This document shows positions 47,429 through 56,555 of a stretch of 64,000 nt of DNA, piece by piece. Source of the stretch: Verrucomicrobiales bacterium (GTDB taxonomy: Bacteria > Verrucomicrobiota > Verrucomicrobiia > Verrucomicrobiales > DEV007); NCBI GenBank assembly GCA_048267005.1, contig JBLWYI010000013.1, positions 118,455-182,454 on the forward strand, in the 5' to 3' direction. The notes beneath the pieces are model-generated. The model was not told where the DNA came from. It made no database searches and saw only the letters and a list, made by a program, of their open reading frames with translations. A program made the position numbers and the translations under genes. Within the stretch, counting starts at the first letter, position 1. Every line of letters starts with the position of its first letter.

Positions 47429-47860
47429 ATGCCAACAGATTTACGCAGCCTCACTTCCGAACAAGACACACACGACTTTGGTGCCGAAGTCGCAGTCGGC
47501 CTGAAATCTGGCAGCGTCATCGGGCTGATCGGTCAGCTTGGAGCCGGGAAAACCCACTTCACTCAGGGAATCGTTAATGCTCTAGGATCAGAGGAATCAG
47601 TCACCAGCCCGACTTTTACGCTGGTTAACGAATACCATGACGGTCGGCTTCCGGTCTTCCACTTTGACTTTTACCGGATGGATACCCGCGACGAAGTCCT
47701 CAAGATTGGGTGGGACGAATTCCTCGACGAGCCGGGTATCGTCATTGTCGAGTGGGCCGATAAATTTGCCGAATTGATGCCCGAAGAAACATCCTGGTTC
47801 ACATTCAAGATCCAACCGGACGGCACCCGAACGATCGAACAGGGTCTGTCCGACAAGTGA
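47429..47860 (+). CDS. tsaE: tRNA threonylcarbamoyladenosine biosynthesis protein TsaE
   Basis: ATG at 47429; P-loop 'GQLGAGKT' and 'SPTFTLVNEY' TsaE motifs. Confidence 0.9.
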   Translation: MPTDLRSLTSEQDTHDFGAEVAVGLKSGSVIGLIGQLGAGKTHFTQGIVNALGSEESVTSPTFTLVNEYHDGRLPVFHFDFYRMDTRDEVLKIGWDEFLDEPGIVIVEWADKFAELMPEETSWFTFKIQPDGTRTIEQGLSDK

Positions 47861-47874
47861 ACAGGGTTGGATCG
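47831..47874. repeat. REP-like repeat pair ('cgatcgaacagggtctg' + 'gaacagggttggatcg') spanning the tsaE stop codon
   Basis: First copy encodes the last residues of TsaE (..EQGLSDK*), second copy lies in the convergent intergenic gap. Confidence 0.65.
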
Positions 47875-47879
47875 AAAAC

Positions 47880-48860
47880 CTAGACCGTTTGGCTGGTCTT
47901 TCGCTTTGCCCAGGCCGCTGCGCCCATCACTCCCGCATCATCTTCGAGGCTGGCTGCCACCACCTTGAAGCTGTTCTTGTAAGTCGCGATGAGATGCTTG
48001 TTGGCTGATTTGTGAACGTTCTTCACGTAAAGGTCAGGCAGAGCTTCGACTAAGCCACCACCGAGAACAATCAGGTCCGGTGCCAGGAGATGCACCACGG
48101 TGGCCACGCCGGCTCCCAGAGTTTTTGCCGCCTCCTTCACAATCTTTTCGATCGCTTTGTCGCCTTTCTCAATTGAGGCCGCGAGCTTTCCGCTGGTGAT
48201 TTTAGAAATATCAGTACCGCACAGTTTCAATAAATGGGGAGCCTGTCCACGGTAGGCCGCGCGGGCCGCTTCGATTGCAATTTTCAATCGGCTGCACTCA
48301 GTTTCCAGAGACGGGCCACCGTTCCCCAGAGGGATGTGTCCCAGCTCCATACAGGAAAGCTTGCCGCCCTGAAGCAACTGGCCATCCAGAACCGCACCCG
48401 CACCAATCCCGGTTCCGGGGAAAATTCCCACCACACAGTCCACACCTTTGGCGACACCCATTTGGTATTCGGCATAGATCCCGGCATCGACGTCATTGCA
48501 AATCCAGGTCGGAGCCCCGAACTCAGCAGTCAGATGCTCAGAGACCGGTACGTTTTTCCAGCCCAGATTCGGGGCTTCCACGAGGATGCCCGTCTTCGGG
48601 TTGATTGGACCGGGGCAACCCACTCCAATCGTTTCGATCTGATCCGCAGTTACTCCCGCGTTGTCGAGGGCTTCGCGAATAGTCAGTGCCATTCTCTTCA
48701 AGCCGGAGCTGACTCCGCGATGGCCTTCCGTTTTCGTCTTGGCACGTCCCAGCTCTTCGAAATTGTCATCGAAAATCTTAGCCAGCATTTTCGTGCCGCC
48801 GAGATCGAATCCGACGATGACTGAACCAGTATGAGATGGGGGGGATTGTTCTTTGCTCAT
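47880..48860 (-). CDS. ROK family sugar kinase (glucokinase-like)
   Basis: 'VIVGFDLGGTKM' and 'GCPGPIN' ROK motifs; ATG overlaps the dxr stop. Confidence 0.9.
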   Translation of the reverse strand: MSKEQSPPSHTGSVIVGFDLGGTKMLAKIFDDNFEELGRAKTKTEGHRGVSSGLKRMALTIREALDNAGVTADQIETIGVGCPGPINPKTGILVEAPNLGWKNVPVSEHLTAEFGAPTWICNDVDAGIYAEYQMGVAKGVDCVVGIFPGTGIGAGAVLDGQLLQGGKLSCMELGHIPLGNGGPSLETECSRLKIAIEAARAAYRGQAPHLLKLCGTDISKITSGKLAASIEKGDKAIEKIVKEAAKTLGAGVATVVHLLAPDLIVLGGGLVEALPDLYVKNVHKSANKHLIATYKNSFKVVAASLEDDAGVMGAAAWAKRKTSQTV

Positions 48861-50029
48861 GACGCAACGATTGAGGTGGCTGTCTCACGGGCCCATGTAT
48901 CTGCAGCGATAATTTCGTCCAGAGTCGGATGCGCTGTCACGGAGTGATCGGCCATTACCTGACCCACCGTTTCCCAGATTTGGGGAAAACCCAACGATTT
49001 TTCCAGAAAAGCGGCCACTGCAATCTCATTGGCAGCATTCATCACTGCCGGAAGCGTTCCTCCTTCTTTGCCCGCCCGCTTGGCGAGATTCAGAGCCGGG
49101 AAGTCATCAAACCTGGGTTTCTCAAAATCGAGCTGCGCCAGTTCGGCGAAATCAAGCGGTGGCAATGTGTTTGGAACCCGCTCCGGCCAGGTCACTGCGT
49201 ATTGAATCGGGAAACACATGTCCGTGGTGCTGAGCTGCGCCAGAATGGAGCCATCAATAAATTCCACCATGCTGTGGACGATACTCTGTGGGTGGACGAT
49301 GACATCGACGCGATCCATTTCGACATCGAAGAGCCATCGTGCCTCTATCATTTCCAGGCCTTTGTTGAAAAGGGTCGCAGAGTCGATCGTGATCTTCCGG
49401 CCCATTTCCCATGTGGGGTGTTTCAAGGCCTGCTCCACGGTGACAGCATCCAGTTCCTCCTTCGGTGACTGGCGAAAAGGCCCACCGGACGCCGTCAGGA
49501 TAAGTCGGGAAACATCGGTCGATTTCTTTCCCTCAAGACACTGGAAGATCGCATTGTGCTCCGAGTCGACCGGCAACACATTGACTCCTTTTTCGCGGGC
49601 AGCGGTCATCACCGCTTCGCCGGCCATGACCAGAATCTCCTTGCTGGCTACGGCAATGTCTTTCCCGGCCTCGATAGCTGCCAGCGCAGGGCGGAGCCCG
49701 TCCGTGCCGACAATCGCGATGAGAACCATGTCAGCTTCAGGCAGCGTGGCCAGCTCGATCATGCCCTCTTCGCCGACACCGGTCTTTATATCGATCCCGT
49801 TTAAGCCACTCTTCAATTCGCCATGGCAGGATTCGTCCGTCAGCGAGCAATGTTTGACTGAGAATTCCGCACACTGTTCAGCGAGACGCTTCGCACTGCG
49901 ATTCGCGGCGAGAGCGATGACCTCCATTCTCTCCGGAATATCGCGAGCCACTTTAAGCGCGCTTTCCCCGATGGAACCGGTGGATCCAAGAATAACGAGT
50001 TTTTTCGGGGGAGGGGAGTCTTCAGGCAT
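48857..50029 (-). CDS. dxr: 1-deoxy-D-xylulose 5-phosphate reductoisomerase
   Basis: 'KKLVILGSTGSIGESAL' NADPH-binding motif; ATG at 50029 preferred over GTG at 50038. Confidence 0.95.
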   Translation of the reverse strand: MPEDSPPPKKLVILGSTGSIGESALKVARDIPERMEVIALAANRSAKRLAEQCAEFSVKHCSLTDESCHGELKSGLNGIDIKTGVGEEGMIELATLPEADMVLIAIVGTDGLRPALAAIEAGKDIAVASKEILVMAGEAVMTAAREKGVNVLPVDSEHNAIFQCLEGKKSTDVSRLILTASGGPFRQSPKEELDAVTVEQALKHPTWEMGRKITIDSATLFNKGLEMIEARWLFDVEMDRVDVIVHPQSIVHSMVEFIDGSILAQLSTTDMCFPIQYAVTWPERVPNTLPPLDFAELAQLDFEKPRFDDFPALNLAKRAGKEGGTLPAVMNAANEIAVAAFLEKSLGFPQIWETVGQVMADHSVTAHPTLDEIIAADTWARETATSIVAS

Positions 50030-50034
50030 GTGGG

Positions 50035-50940
50035 TCACGAAATAAACAGCAAATACAGATACAGAACAGGAGCGGTAAACAGCACTGAATCAATCAGATC
50101 CAGCACCCCACCAATGCCGGGCATTTTGCGGCCGGAATCTTTGGCTTCCAGGCTTCGCTTCAGGATTGATTCCGCCAAATCTCCCAAAACCGCGACCAGC
50201 GCCAGCGCTACCGCCAGTATGGCGGCATGAAGCGGAGTGATCAGGGGAATCTTGTCCCCGAAGAGAAAATACGCTCCGAAACTCGCAATGAATCCAAAGA
50301 GAATGGCCCCGCCGAAGCCCTGCCAGGTCTTACCGGGGCTGACATGCGGTACCATTTTGTCGCGACCGATCAGTGAGCCCACCGCGTAGGCACCCATATC
50401 GGTGAACTTGGTGACCATCAGCAGGAAAAGAACGTAAAAATGAGCAGAATCGTTTCCGGACGTATCTTTCAGATCGAGCAGCAGGATCTTCGGCACAAAA
50501 GCGAAAAGAATCACGATGTAGATAAAACCAAAGATGGTCGTCGATATTTCATCCAGTGTCCGGAACCCTTCAATCGGGGCGCGCAACCGTTCCAGCACAA
50601 CACAGATCACCAGCGCTGCGACGGCCAGGCTGTCCAGATCAACAAGCCAGTCCGGCGAGAAACCCCAGTGCCGGGCAAAAAGCAACCCGAGGTAGGCTGC
50701 AGTGACCCCATAGGTCTGCCATTGAAACCGGCGAAAGCCCCGCAGGGGGAACAGTCCGAAGTATTCAAACAACGCCAGAAACGCGATGGCCCCGGCGATG
50801 GTGAAAAACAACCAGTCGATCGCCAACCAGAACGCCACGACGAAAAAGGCCCACAAAAAAAGCGTGCTGACGAGGCGGCTGCCGAAAACTTGTTTTTTCG
50901 AAGGCTTAGGGGCGGTTTTTTCTGAAGAATCGTCGGACAT
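50035..50940 (-). CDS. cdsA: Phosphatidate cytidylyltransferase (CDP-diglyceride synthase)
   Basis: C-terminal signature 'ESILKRSLEAKDSGRKMPGIGGVLDLIDS'; ATG at 50940. Confidence 0.9.
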   Translation of the reverse strand: MSDDSSEKTAPKPSKKQVFGSRLVSTLFLWAFFVVAFWLAIDWLFFTIAGAIAFLALFEYFGLFPLRGFRRFQWQTYGVTAAYLGLLFARHWGFSPDWLVDLDSLAVAALVICVVLERLRAPIEGFRTLDEISTTIFGFIYIVILFAFVPKILLLDLKDTSGNDSAHFYVLFLLMVTKFTDMGAYAVGSLIGRDKMVPHVSPGKTWQGFGGAILFGFIASFGAYFLFGDKIPLITPLHAAILAVALALVAVLGDLAESILKRSLEAKDSGRKMPGIGGVLDLIDSVLFTAPVLYLYLLFIS

Positions 50941-51036
50941 GCAAGCGGGCAATTCGCCGCCAAGGAAACAGGGTCACGACCGAGTTGGCAATGACGAAGT
51001 TGCGCAAATTCACCACTTAAAGCGTTAGTTCCGGTT

Positions 51037-51381
51037 TCAATCAGGTTCTCCCCGCTTCGCATCACCCACCCCATCAAGGAAGAATTCGAGGTGACCGCAT
51101 TCCGGGCAGTGGTAAATGTCGAACCGCTCCGATCGCGAGCCGAGTTGGAACCCCATCAGGTGAATTTCAAGTGAGTCATCCTCTTTAAACCTGCGGGTGC
51201 CGTCATAAACGAGCTGCTTGTTGCAGCGAAGACAGCTCATGAAGCGTTTGATTTTCTTCGCATGAGCTTGTCGCTCCAGGGCCAACTCATCCGGCTTTGC
51301 TCCTTTGTCAGAAGAGCAGCGCCAGCAAGTTTCCCACGAATCTTCGTCGATTTCGGCTTCGCATACCAGGCAGGTCCACAT
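51037..51381 (-). CDS. Small double zinc-ribbon protein (hypothetical)
   Basis: Two CxxC..CxxC pairs ('CLVCEAE..CWRCSS', 'CLRCNK..CPECGH'). Confidence 0.6.
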   Translation of the reverse strand: MWTCLVCEAEIDEDSWETCWRCSSDKGAKPDELALERQAHAKKIKRFMSCLRCNKQLVYDGTRRFKEDDSLEIHLMGFQLGSRSERFDIYHCPECGHLEFFLDGVGDAKRGEPD

Positions 51382-51407
51382 CCGTTGTTTCTATCAGAAA
51401 TCTACGG

Positions 51408-52250
51408 TTACGGCCTCCCTTTTCCTTTTGAGCCTTTACCTTTGCCCCCTTTATCCCCGCCTTTGCCCCCGCCGCTGTCGATTTTGCCATCGCCATCACG
51501 ATCCTCGCCGTAGGGCATTTCGTTCTCGAAAAAGATTCGCTCGCGGCGGCCCGTGTCGACGTGTTCGCTGTAGACTTTGCGTTCTTCAGTGAGGGAAAAC
51601 CCTGTATTGGCTTTCAAAAGCGCAGTCTTGATTTCTTCGGCGCTGGCTGTGAGTGGCAATTGCTCGACCACCCGTCCCGATTGACCAAATGGATCGGCAT
51701 GGACGATGACGAGCCCGGATTTGCCCCGTGTCCGTTCAATGTTTTCGGCCCAGGCGGCATCTTTGGCCGTATCGGCGAAGTCGAGATGAAATTTCCCGAT
51801 GACCTCGTCATCCGCGAAAACCGGTTTGAGGGTTTGCTTTACCTTGGCCTGATCATCATCAGCTGCGGCGACAAAGAGCAGCAATCGTTGGTCTCCAGCC
51901 GCCACATTCAGGGCCTGCCGAAAGGTGTGAAAGTCTTGCAGCGTCGCGTCCTTTTCATCACCACGGGGGCGATAGGACATTGCGATGTTTTCCAGCGCTT
52001 TGATCACTTCTTCGGCCGACGGTTCATTATCCGGGCCGGGGCGACCGGCGGAAAGCCCGTGCTCAGGACCGCGACCGGTGCGGGAGAGCCGTTCCTTTCC
52101 GTCAGGTGCCAGAATGCAGAACGCGGTGTTGGCGAATCGACCGTTTAAAAGGGACCGGACCAAATCCTGGTGTTCCTGGCTTTCATATGATTCGAGACGG
52201 ACACAGACAAATTTACGTGAAGCTTCGATGAATTCTTTTTGTGAGAACAA
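51408..52250 (-). CDS. Hypothetical protein with Gly/Lys-rich C-terminal tail
   Basis: 280-aa ORF with TTG start (no in-frame ATG near the N-terminus); tail 'GGGKGGDKGGKGKGSKGKGRP'. Confidence 0.55.
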   Translation of the reverse strand: MFSQKEFIEASRKFVCVRLESYESQEHQDLVRSLLNGRFANTAFCILAPDGKERLSRTGRGPEHGLSAGRPGPDNEPSAEEVIKALENIAMSYRPRGDEKDATLQDFHTFRQALNVAAGDQRLLLFVAAADDDQAKVKQTLKPVFADDEVIGKFHLDFADTAKDAAWAENIERTRGKSGLVIVHADPFGQSGRVVEQLPLTASAEEIKTALLKANTGFSLTEERKVYSEHVDTGRRERIFFENEMPYGEDRDGDGKIDSGGGKGGDKGGKGKGSKGKGRP

Positions 52251-52277
52251 ACTGTTCTGCGTTTTGGTGTAACCGGG

Positions 52278-52505
52278 TCAGAACACTCCGGAGATGCCGG
52301 AGCAGGTAGCGGCGGCTGCCATGAAGAAAATAGGTCGATTGGAGCGGGCTGCTTCTGCGAGAGCGGTGTCCCAGGTCGTGTACCACATAATGCCGGCATC
52401 ACCGACTGGTTGAGGGCTCGCCGCGATGTCGGTCGGGCGGGTTCCCTGTGAGTATACTGCAGTTGCCCCGAGGGTTGCTACCATAAGTGTTTTCAGGATA
52501 TTCAT
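52278..52505 (-). CDS. Small putative secreted protein (75 aa)
   Basis: ATG; signal-peptide-like 'MNILKTLMVATLGATAVYSQG'; directly upstream of the preceding hypothetical gene. Confidence 0.35.
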   Translation of the reverse strand: MNILKTLMVATLGATAVYSQGTRPTDIAASPQPVGDAGIMWYTTWDTALAEAARSNRPIFFMAAAATCSGISGVF

Positions 52506-52594
52506 AGGAAGATGAACAAAGCATGAATAAAGTGGTTGCAGAATTTTCTGATTTTCGAATGAAGGCGAACAGATCTTCCTTCCAAATGCGTGAA

Positions 52595-52637
52595 CGATCC
52601 AACAGGGTCTGATCGACGAGGCAACCCTGTTGTCTCG
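52595..52637. repeat. REP-like repeat, inverted pair forming a hairpin ('ccaacagggtctg ... caaccctgttg')
   Basis: 8-bp perfect inverted cores separated by ~15 nt. Confidence 0.6.
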
Positions 52638-52727
52638 TGCGTCTTTTCAGCTAGGGAAAACCGACTGCTTCCTGTCTTTTAATGCCAACTTTGAAGCATG
52701 AGTTTGACCTGGAAAAAGTACCCAATT

Positions 52728-52990
52728 TGCGGGTCCGCACGAACGGTACCCTGCCGTCAGGACGTCCTGACGGGCAGGTACCACACGGATATGGGCAAAA
52801 GTGCGTCCTGACGGGCAGGTACCACACGGATATGGGCAAAAGTGCGCCCTGACGGGCATAAATCGCACGGACATGGGCAAAAGGACGTCCTGACGGTCAT
52901 AAATCGTACGGACATGAGCAAAAGGACGTCCTGACGGTCATAAATCGTACGGACATGAGCAAAAGGACGTCCTGACGGTGGGTGCCGTCC
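52728..52990. repeat. Tandem array, 41-bp unit, ~6 copies ('gacgggcaggtaccacacggatatgggcaaaagtgcgtcct'; later units diverged to 'gacggtcataaatcgtacggacatgagcaaaaggacgtcct')
   Basis: Contiguous units without spacers; first unit contains a GACGTC-centred palindrome. Confidence 0.9.
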
Positions 52991-53086
52991 GCGAAATGGC
53001 GAAAATGGTGCCTGAACGCGGGAGTTTCGATTGGTGTATCGGCGCTGAACTTTTTGAGAGCACCCGGTTTGTAAACGGGGCGCAGT

Positions 53087-55003
53087 TTGCTACGTTCGCG
53101 CGTGTCATCTCCTGAAAAACGCAAAATTGCCTACCTGTTTTCCCGTTATCCGGTTGTTTCGCAGACTTTTTGCGATTCGGAAATGCTGGCTCTGGAATCC
53201 CGTGGCTTTGATCTCGACATCGCATCGATCAATCCACCGCCAAATCCGTTTCGTCACGAGAGGTTTGAGCAATTCGAGGCAGATGCTTTTTACCCGCCGT
53301 CTTCGTCCGTGCTGTCTCAACTGAAGAAGAACGCCCAGGCGGACGGAACGTGGCAGGAGCGCTTCGGGGACATGATTGCCCGTCATAACACGGAATACGG
53401 GCCGGGTTTCAAGGCTGATATCCGGGCGAGGAATGCGCTCTATTTTGCTGAACTCTTCAAGAAGCGCGGGATTCAGCATTTCCACGTCCATTTCGCCAAC
53501 CGGGCGACACACACGGCTCTTTTCATCAAACAATGGTCCGGGATTCCGTTCAGTTTCACGCCTCATGCCCAGGATTTCATGATCGATCTGGGCAGCGACG
53601 ATTTGTTGCGGGAGATGTGTCGTGAAGCTGAGTTTGTCATCGGGGTGAGCGATTTTTCCTGTGATCTGCTGCGCGAGACCTGCCCCGACTCCGCAGAAAA
53701 GATCAGCCGGATTTACAACGGGATCGACATGAGTCAGTTCCCGCAGGCACCCATCAATGACACGGGACCACTGCGGATTGTTTCGATTGGCCGGTTGATC
53801 GACTTCAAAGGGTTCAATCATTTGATCGCCGCCTGCGCTCTCCTCAAGGAACGCGGCGTAGAGTTTTCCCTGACGATTGTGGGGGACGGTCCGTTGCGGG
53901 AGCCGTTGCAAAATCAAATCGCAGAGCTCGGGTTGGAAGCTGAAGTCACGCTTGCCGGGGTGATGAGCCAGGAGCAGGTGAAATCCACGCTCCAGAACAG
54001 TGAGGTGTTTGCTCTGGCCTGTGTGGTCGATTCCAAGGGAGCGAGTGACATTTTACCGACGGTGATTACCGAGGCGATGGGTTGCCGGTTGCCGATTGTG
54101 TCGACGAGGCTCGTTGGAGTTCCTGAGATGGTTGATCATGAGAAGACAGGTCTTCTTGTCGAGCCCGGAAACGAAGCTGAACTGGCGGACGCCCTGGCTG
54201 TTTTTGCTGAGGATCGTGGAAAGGCCCGCGCTATGGGACTGGCTGGTCGCGAGCGGTCGGAATCGATCTTCGAGTTGAAGATCACGGCGGATCAATTGAT
54301 CTCCAAATTTGAGTCAGTCATGGCGCCACCGGCGGAGGTGCCGCAAAATCCACCGATACTGTTTTTGGTGGATGAATTCCCGCTTTCAACATCAGCCAAC
54401 GAATGGCATCGCGAATCGATCCTGAATGAGCTGGCGTTTGCCGCCAAACATCACGCGGAGGCCATTGAGATCATGGCGGCCCGTTCGGCGCGTCGTTTTG
54501 ATAAGGAGCGAACGGCTGAGATCTTCCCGAACTGGGCGGAGACGGTTGAGTTTTTCCCGGACGGGCTGGTTTTGGAAGCGGAGTGGCACAACCAACCGGA
54601 GGCCGTTTCAAGAATTCTCGAATTGCGGGGCAAGTTGGGGACGGGGCTTGATACCGAATTTTACTTTGCCCAGGCGAGGCGGGCTTTACATCTCGCGCGG
54701 GTGATTCGGAAACGTGGCACAGCACGACTCCACGCGGTCCGGAGTGACATGGCGGTGTGTGCGTGGCTCGTCTTTAAATTGACGGGAGTTCCGTTTTCGT
54801 TTTCGGCGGAGCCGGATTCATCAATAGGATCGGACACGCTGGATAAACTTGCCAGTGATGCGGTCGAAATCGCGAAGCTGGATTTGGCAGAGCCGGATCG
54901 CACCAAGCGCCTCAAACTGGGACCGCTGAAACTGAAGTTGCCCGGTGAATCAGACCTGCCTGAACGCAGCGGAGCTCTGGAGGCCTGGTTCGGCAATCTG
55001 TAA
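53087..55003 (+). CDS. Glycosyltransferase family 4 (GT-B, group 1) with ~230-aa C-terminal extension of unknown function
   Basis: 'EAMGCRLPIVSTRLVGVPEMVDHEKTGLLVEPGN' GT4 motif; start is TTG (53087) or GTG (53102), no ATG near the N-terminus. Confidence 0.8.
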   Translation: MLRSRVSSPEKRKIAYLFSRYPVVSQTFCDSEMLALESRGFDLDIASINPPPNPFRHERFEQFEADAFYPPSSSVLSQLKKNAQADGTWQERFGDMIARHNTEYGPGFKADIRARNALYFAELFKKRGIQHFHVHFANRATHTALFIKQWSGIPFSFTPHAQDFMIDLGSDDLLREMCREAEFVIGVSDFSCDLLRETCPDSAEKISRIYNGIDMSQFPQAPINDTGPLRIVSIGRLIDFKGFNHLIAACALLKERGVEFSLTIVGDGPLREPLQNQIAELGLEAEVTLAGVMSQEQVKSTLQNSEVFALACVVDSKGASDILPTVITEAMGCRLPIVSTRLVGVPEMVDHEKTGLLVEPGNEAELADALAVFAEDRGKARAMGLAGRERSESIFELKITADQLISKFESVMAPPAEVPQNPPILFLVDEFPLSTSANEWHRESILNELAFAAKHHAEAIEIMAARSARRFDKERTAEIFPNWAETVEFFPDGLVLEAEWHNQPEAVSRILELRGKLGTGLDTEFYFAQARRALHLARVIRKRGTARLHAVRSDMAVCAWLVFKLTGVPFSFSAEPDSSIGSDTLDKLASDAVEIAKLDLAEPDRTKRLKLGPLKLKLPGESDLPERSGALEAWFGNL

Positions 55004-55013
55004 AAATGAAAAT

Positions 55014-55044
55014 GCCGGAGTTGAAAACAACTCCGGCATTTCTT
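55014..55044. terminator. Bidirectional rho-independent terminator (gccggagtt / aactccggc hairpin with T-rich flanks on both strands)
   Basis: 9-bp stem, 6-nt loop, between the convergent GT4 and fasciclin genes. Confidence 0.55.
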
Positions 55045-55092
55045 CCCGGGCGCTAAAAGGAGGGAATCGCCCGGGAGTAAAGATTTTCAGGA

Positions 55093-55626
55093 TTAGCTCT
55101 TCGGCATAATCACTGCATCGATGACGTGAATGACACCGTTTGATGCTTTGACGTCAGTGGCGGTAACGTTTGCACCGTCGATCATGACTTTACCGTCTTC
55201 GACTTTCACGCTGGCTTCAGTTCCGTTTACGGTAGGGGCCATCATGGTTTTTACATCAGCTGCCATTACTTTCGCAGGCACAACGTGGTAGGTGAGAATG
55301 GCAACGAGCTTCTCTTTGTTTTCCGGCTTGAGCAGCATTTCGACGGTTCCTTCAGGAAGTTTTTCGAAGGCTTCGTTGGTGGGCGCAAAAACAGTGAACG
55401 GACCTTCACCGGAGAGTGTTTCAACAAGGTCGGCTGCTTTGACTGCGGCAACGAGGGTTGAGAAGTCCTTATTTCCGGCTGCAACTTCCACGATGTTCTT
55501 TTCCTCGTGGTTATCAGCAAGGGCTGAAAGGGTAAGACCTGCGGTCACGATGATCGCGAGTGCTGAAGTGGTGATTTTGGTAGTGAGTTTCATTCTGTTA
55601 TTTCTGGTTGCCCGTGAATTCTTCAT
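55093..55626 (-). CDS. Fasciclin (FAS1) domain protein, secreted
   Basis: '[18 protein letters not shown]' and '[10 protein letters not shown]' FAS1 motifs; start at ATG 55626 or 55593. Confidence 0.8.
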   Translation of the reverse strand: MKNSRATRNNRMKLTTKITTSALAIIVTAGLTLSALADNHEEKNIVEVAAGNKDFSTLVAAVKAADLVETLSGEGPFTVFAPTNEAFEKLPEGTVEMLLKPENKEKLVAILTYHVVPAKVMAADVKTMMAPTVNGTEASVKVEDGKVMIDGANVTATDVKASNGVIHVIDAVIMPKS

Positions 55627-55811
55627 GAATGCGGGTTGATCAGTGATTCGGGCGAGATGAATCATTGGATCTACTTTTTTCAGAAAAGAATTTCCGGGCT
55701 CAGAATAAGACGGCGAATGGCCGGCTCATCAGCCCTTGTCGCGAACGGGAAACCGAACAGATCGGGAGACTGAGCGTTTGGCCTCAAACGGGGGCTGATC
55801 GTGGAACGTGA

Positions 55812-56555
55812 TCAAAGGGCTCCGACAAGGACCATGGGACCTTCAGCAACCGGCACACCGCCCTTTTTCTCGAGGCTTACAGCGAAGGCTTTGACCTCGT
55901 CGATCTTCTGCTTTGGTGTGAATGTGATGGTGGCAGCACCATCGTCGTCGACTTGAAAGACTCCGCCATCGACAGGAGTTTTGTATTTCGGATCAACAAT
56001 CCACAACTGGTAGTCCTTTCCGGCTTCGAGCTTTGGGATACGCGAAACCTGAAGAAGTCCGCGCCCGTTTTGGCCGTCCCACACGGCCGCTCCGAAGTAT
56101 GCCGAATTAATTTCGGACTGAAGGGAAACAATTTTCAGACGATCGAGCTTCTGGTTCTCTTCGAATTCCGCAATGCTGGCCAGAAGACGTTTTTGCTCAC
56201 CGGCAAGTTCATCGATGTGTGCTTCCTTCACATCGATGACTTCAGTGAGGGTTGAGTTCTTTTCCCAGAGCATGATGGCAGCGACTGCCAATGCGGCGGC
56301 GGCAGCCCACGGAATGAAAACCGGGAAACTCGAAGGCCGAGTCTCCGGGGCGGGTAGCGAAGTGATGTCCTGTGAGGGGAGGGCATCAAAGGTCCGGTCT
56401 TTCAGTGAGTCCGGCGCTTCAACAGAAGGCGTGTCGGCCCAGGCCAGAGTTTCGACAACCCGGTCGAATTCTTCCGGGCTTAAGTCACGAGCTGCCTCAC
56501 CAAGATCCGCTTTCAGCCGATCCAGGTCGTCGTCAGTTGGATTGTTTGGATTCAT
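55812..56555 (-). CDS. Anti-sigma factor (RskA-like C-terminal domain), single-pass membrane
   Basis: TM 'PWAAAAALAVAAIMLW'; C-terminal 'YQLWIVDPKYKTPVDGGVF' RskA-type domain; 4-nt overlap with the sigma gene. Confidence 0.8.
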   Translation of the reverse strand: MNPNNPTDDDLDRLKADLGEAARDLSPEEFDRVVETLAWADTPSVEAPDSLKDRTFDALPSQDITSLPAPETRPSSFPVFIPWAAAAALAVAAIMLWEKNSTLTEVIDVKEAHIDELAGEQKRLLASIAEFEENQKLDRLKIVSLQSEINSAYFGAAVWDGQNGRGLLQVSRIPKLEAGKDYQLWIVDPKYKTPVDGGVFQVDDDGAATITFTPKQKIDEVKAFAVSLEKKGGVPVAEGPMVLVGAL

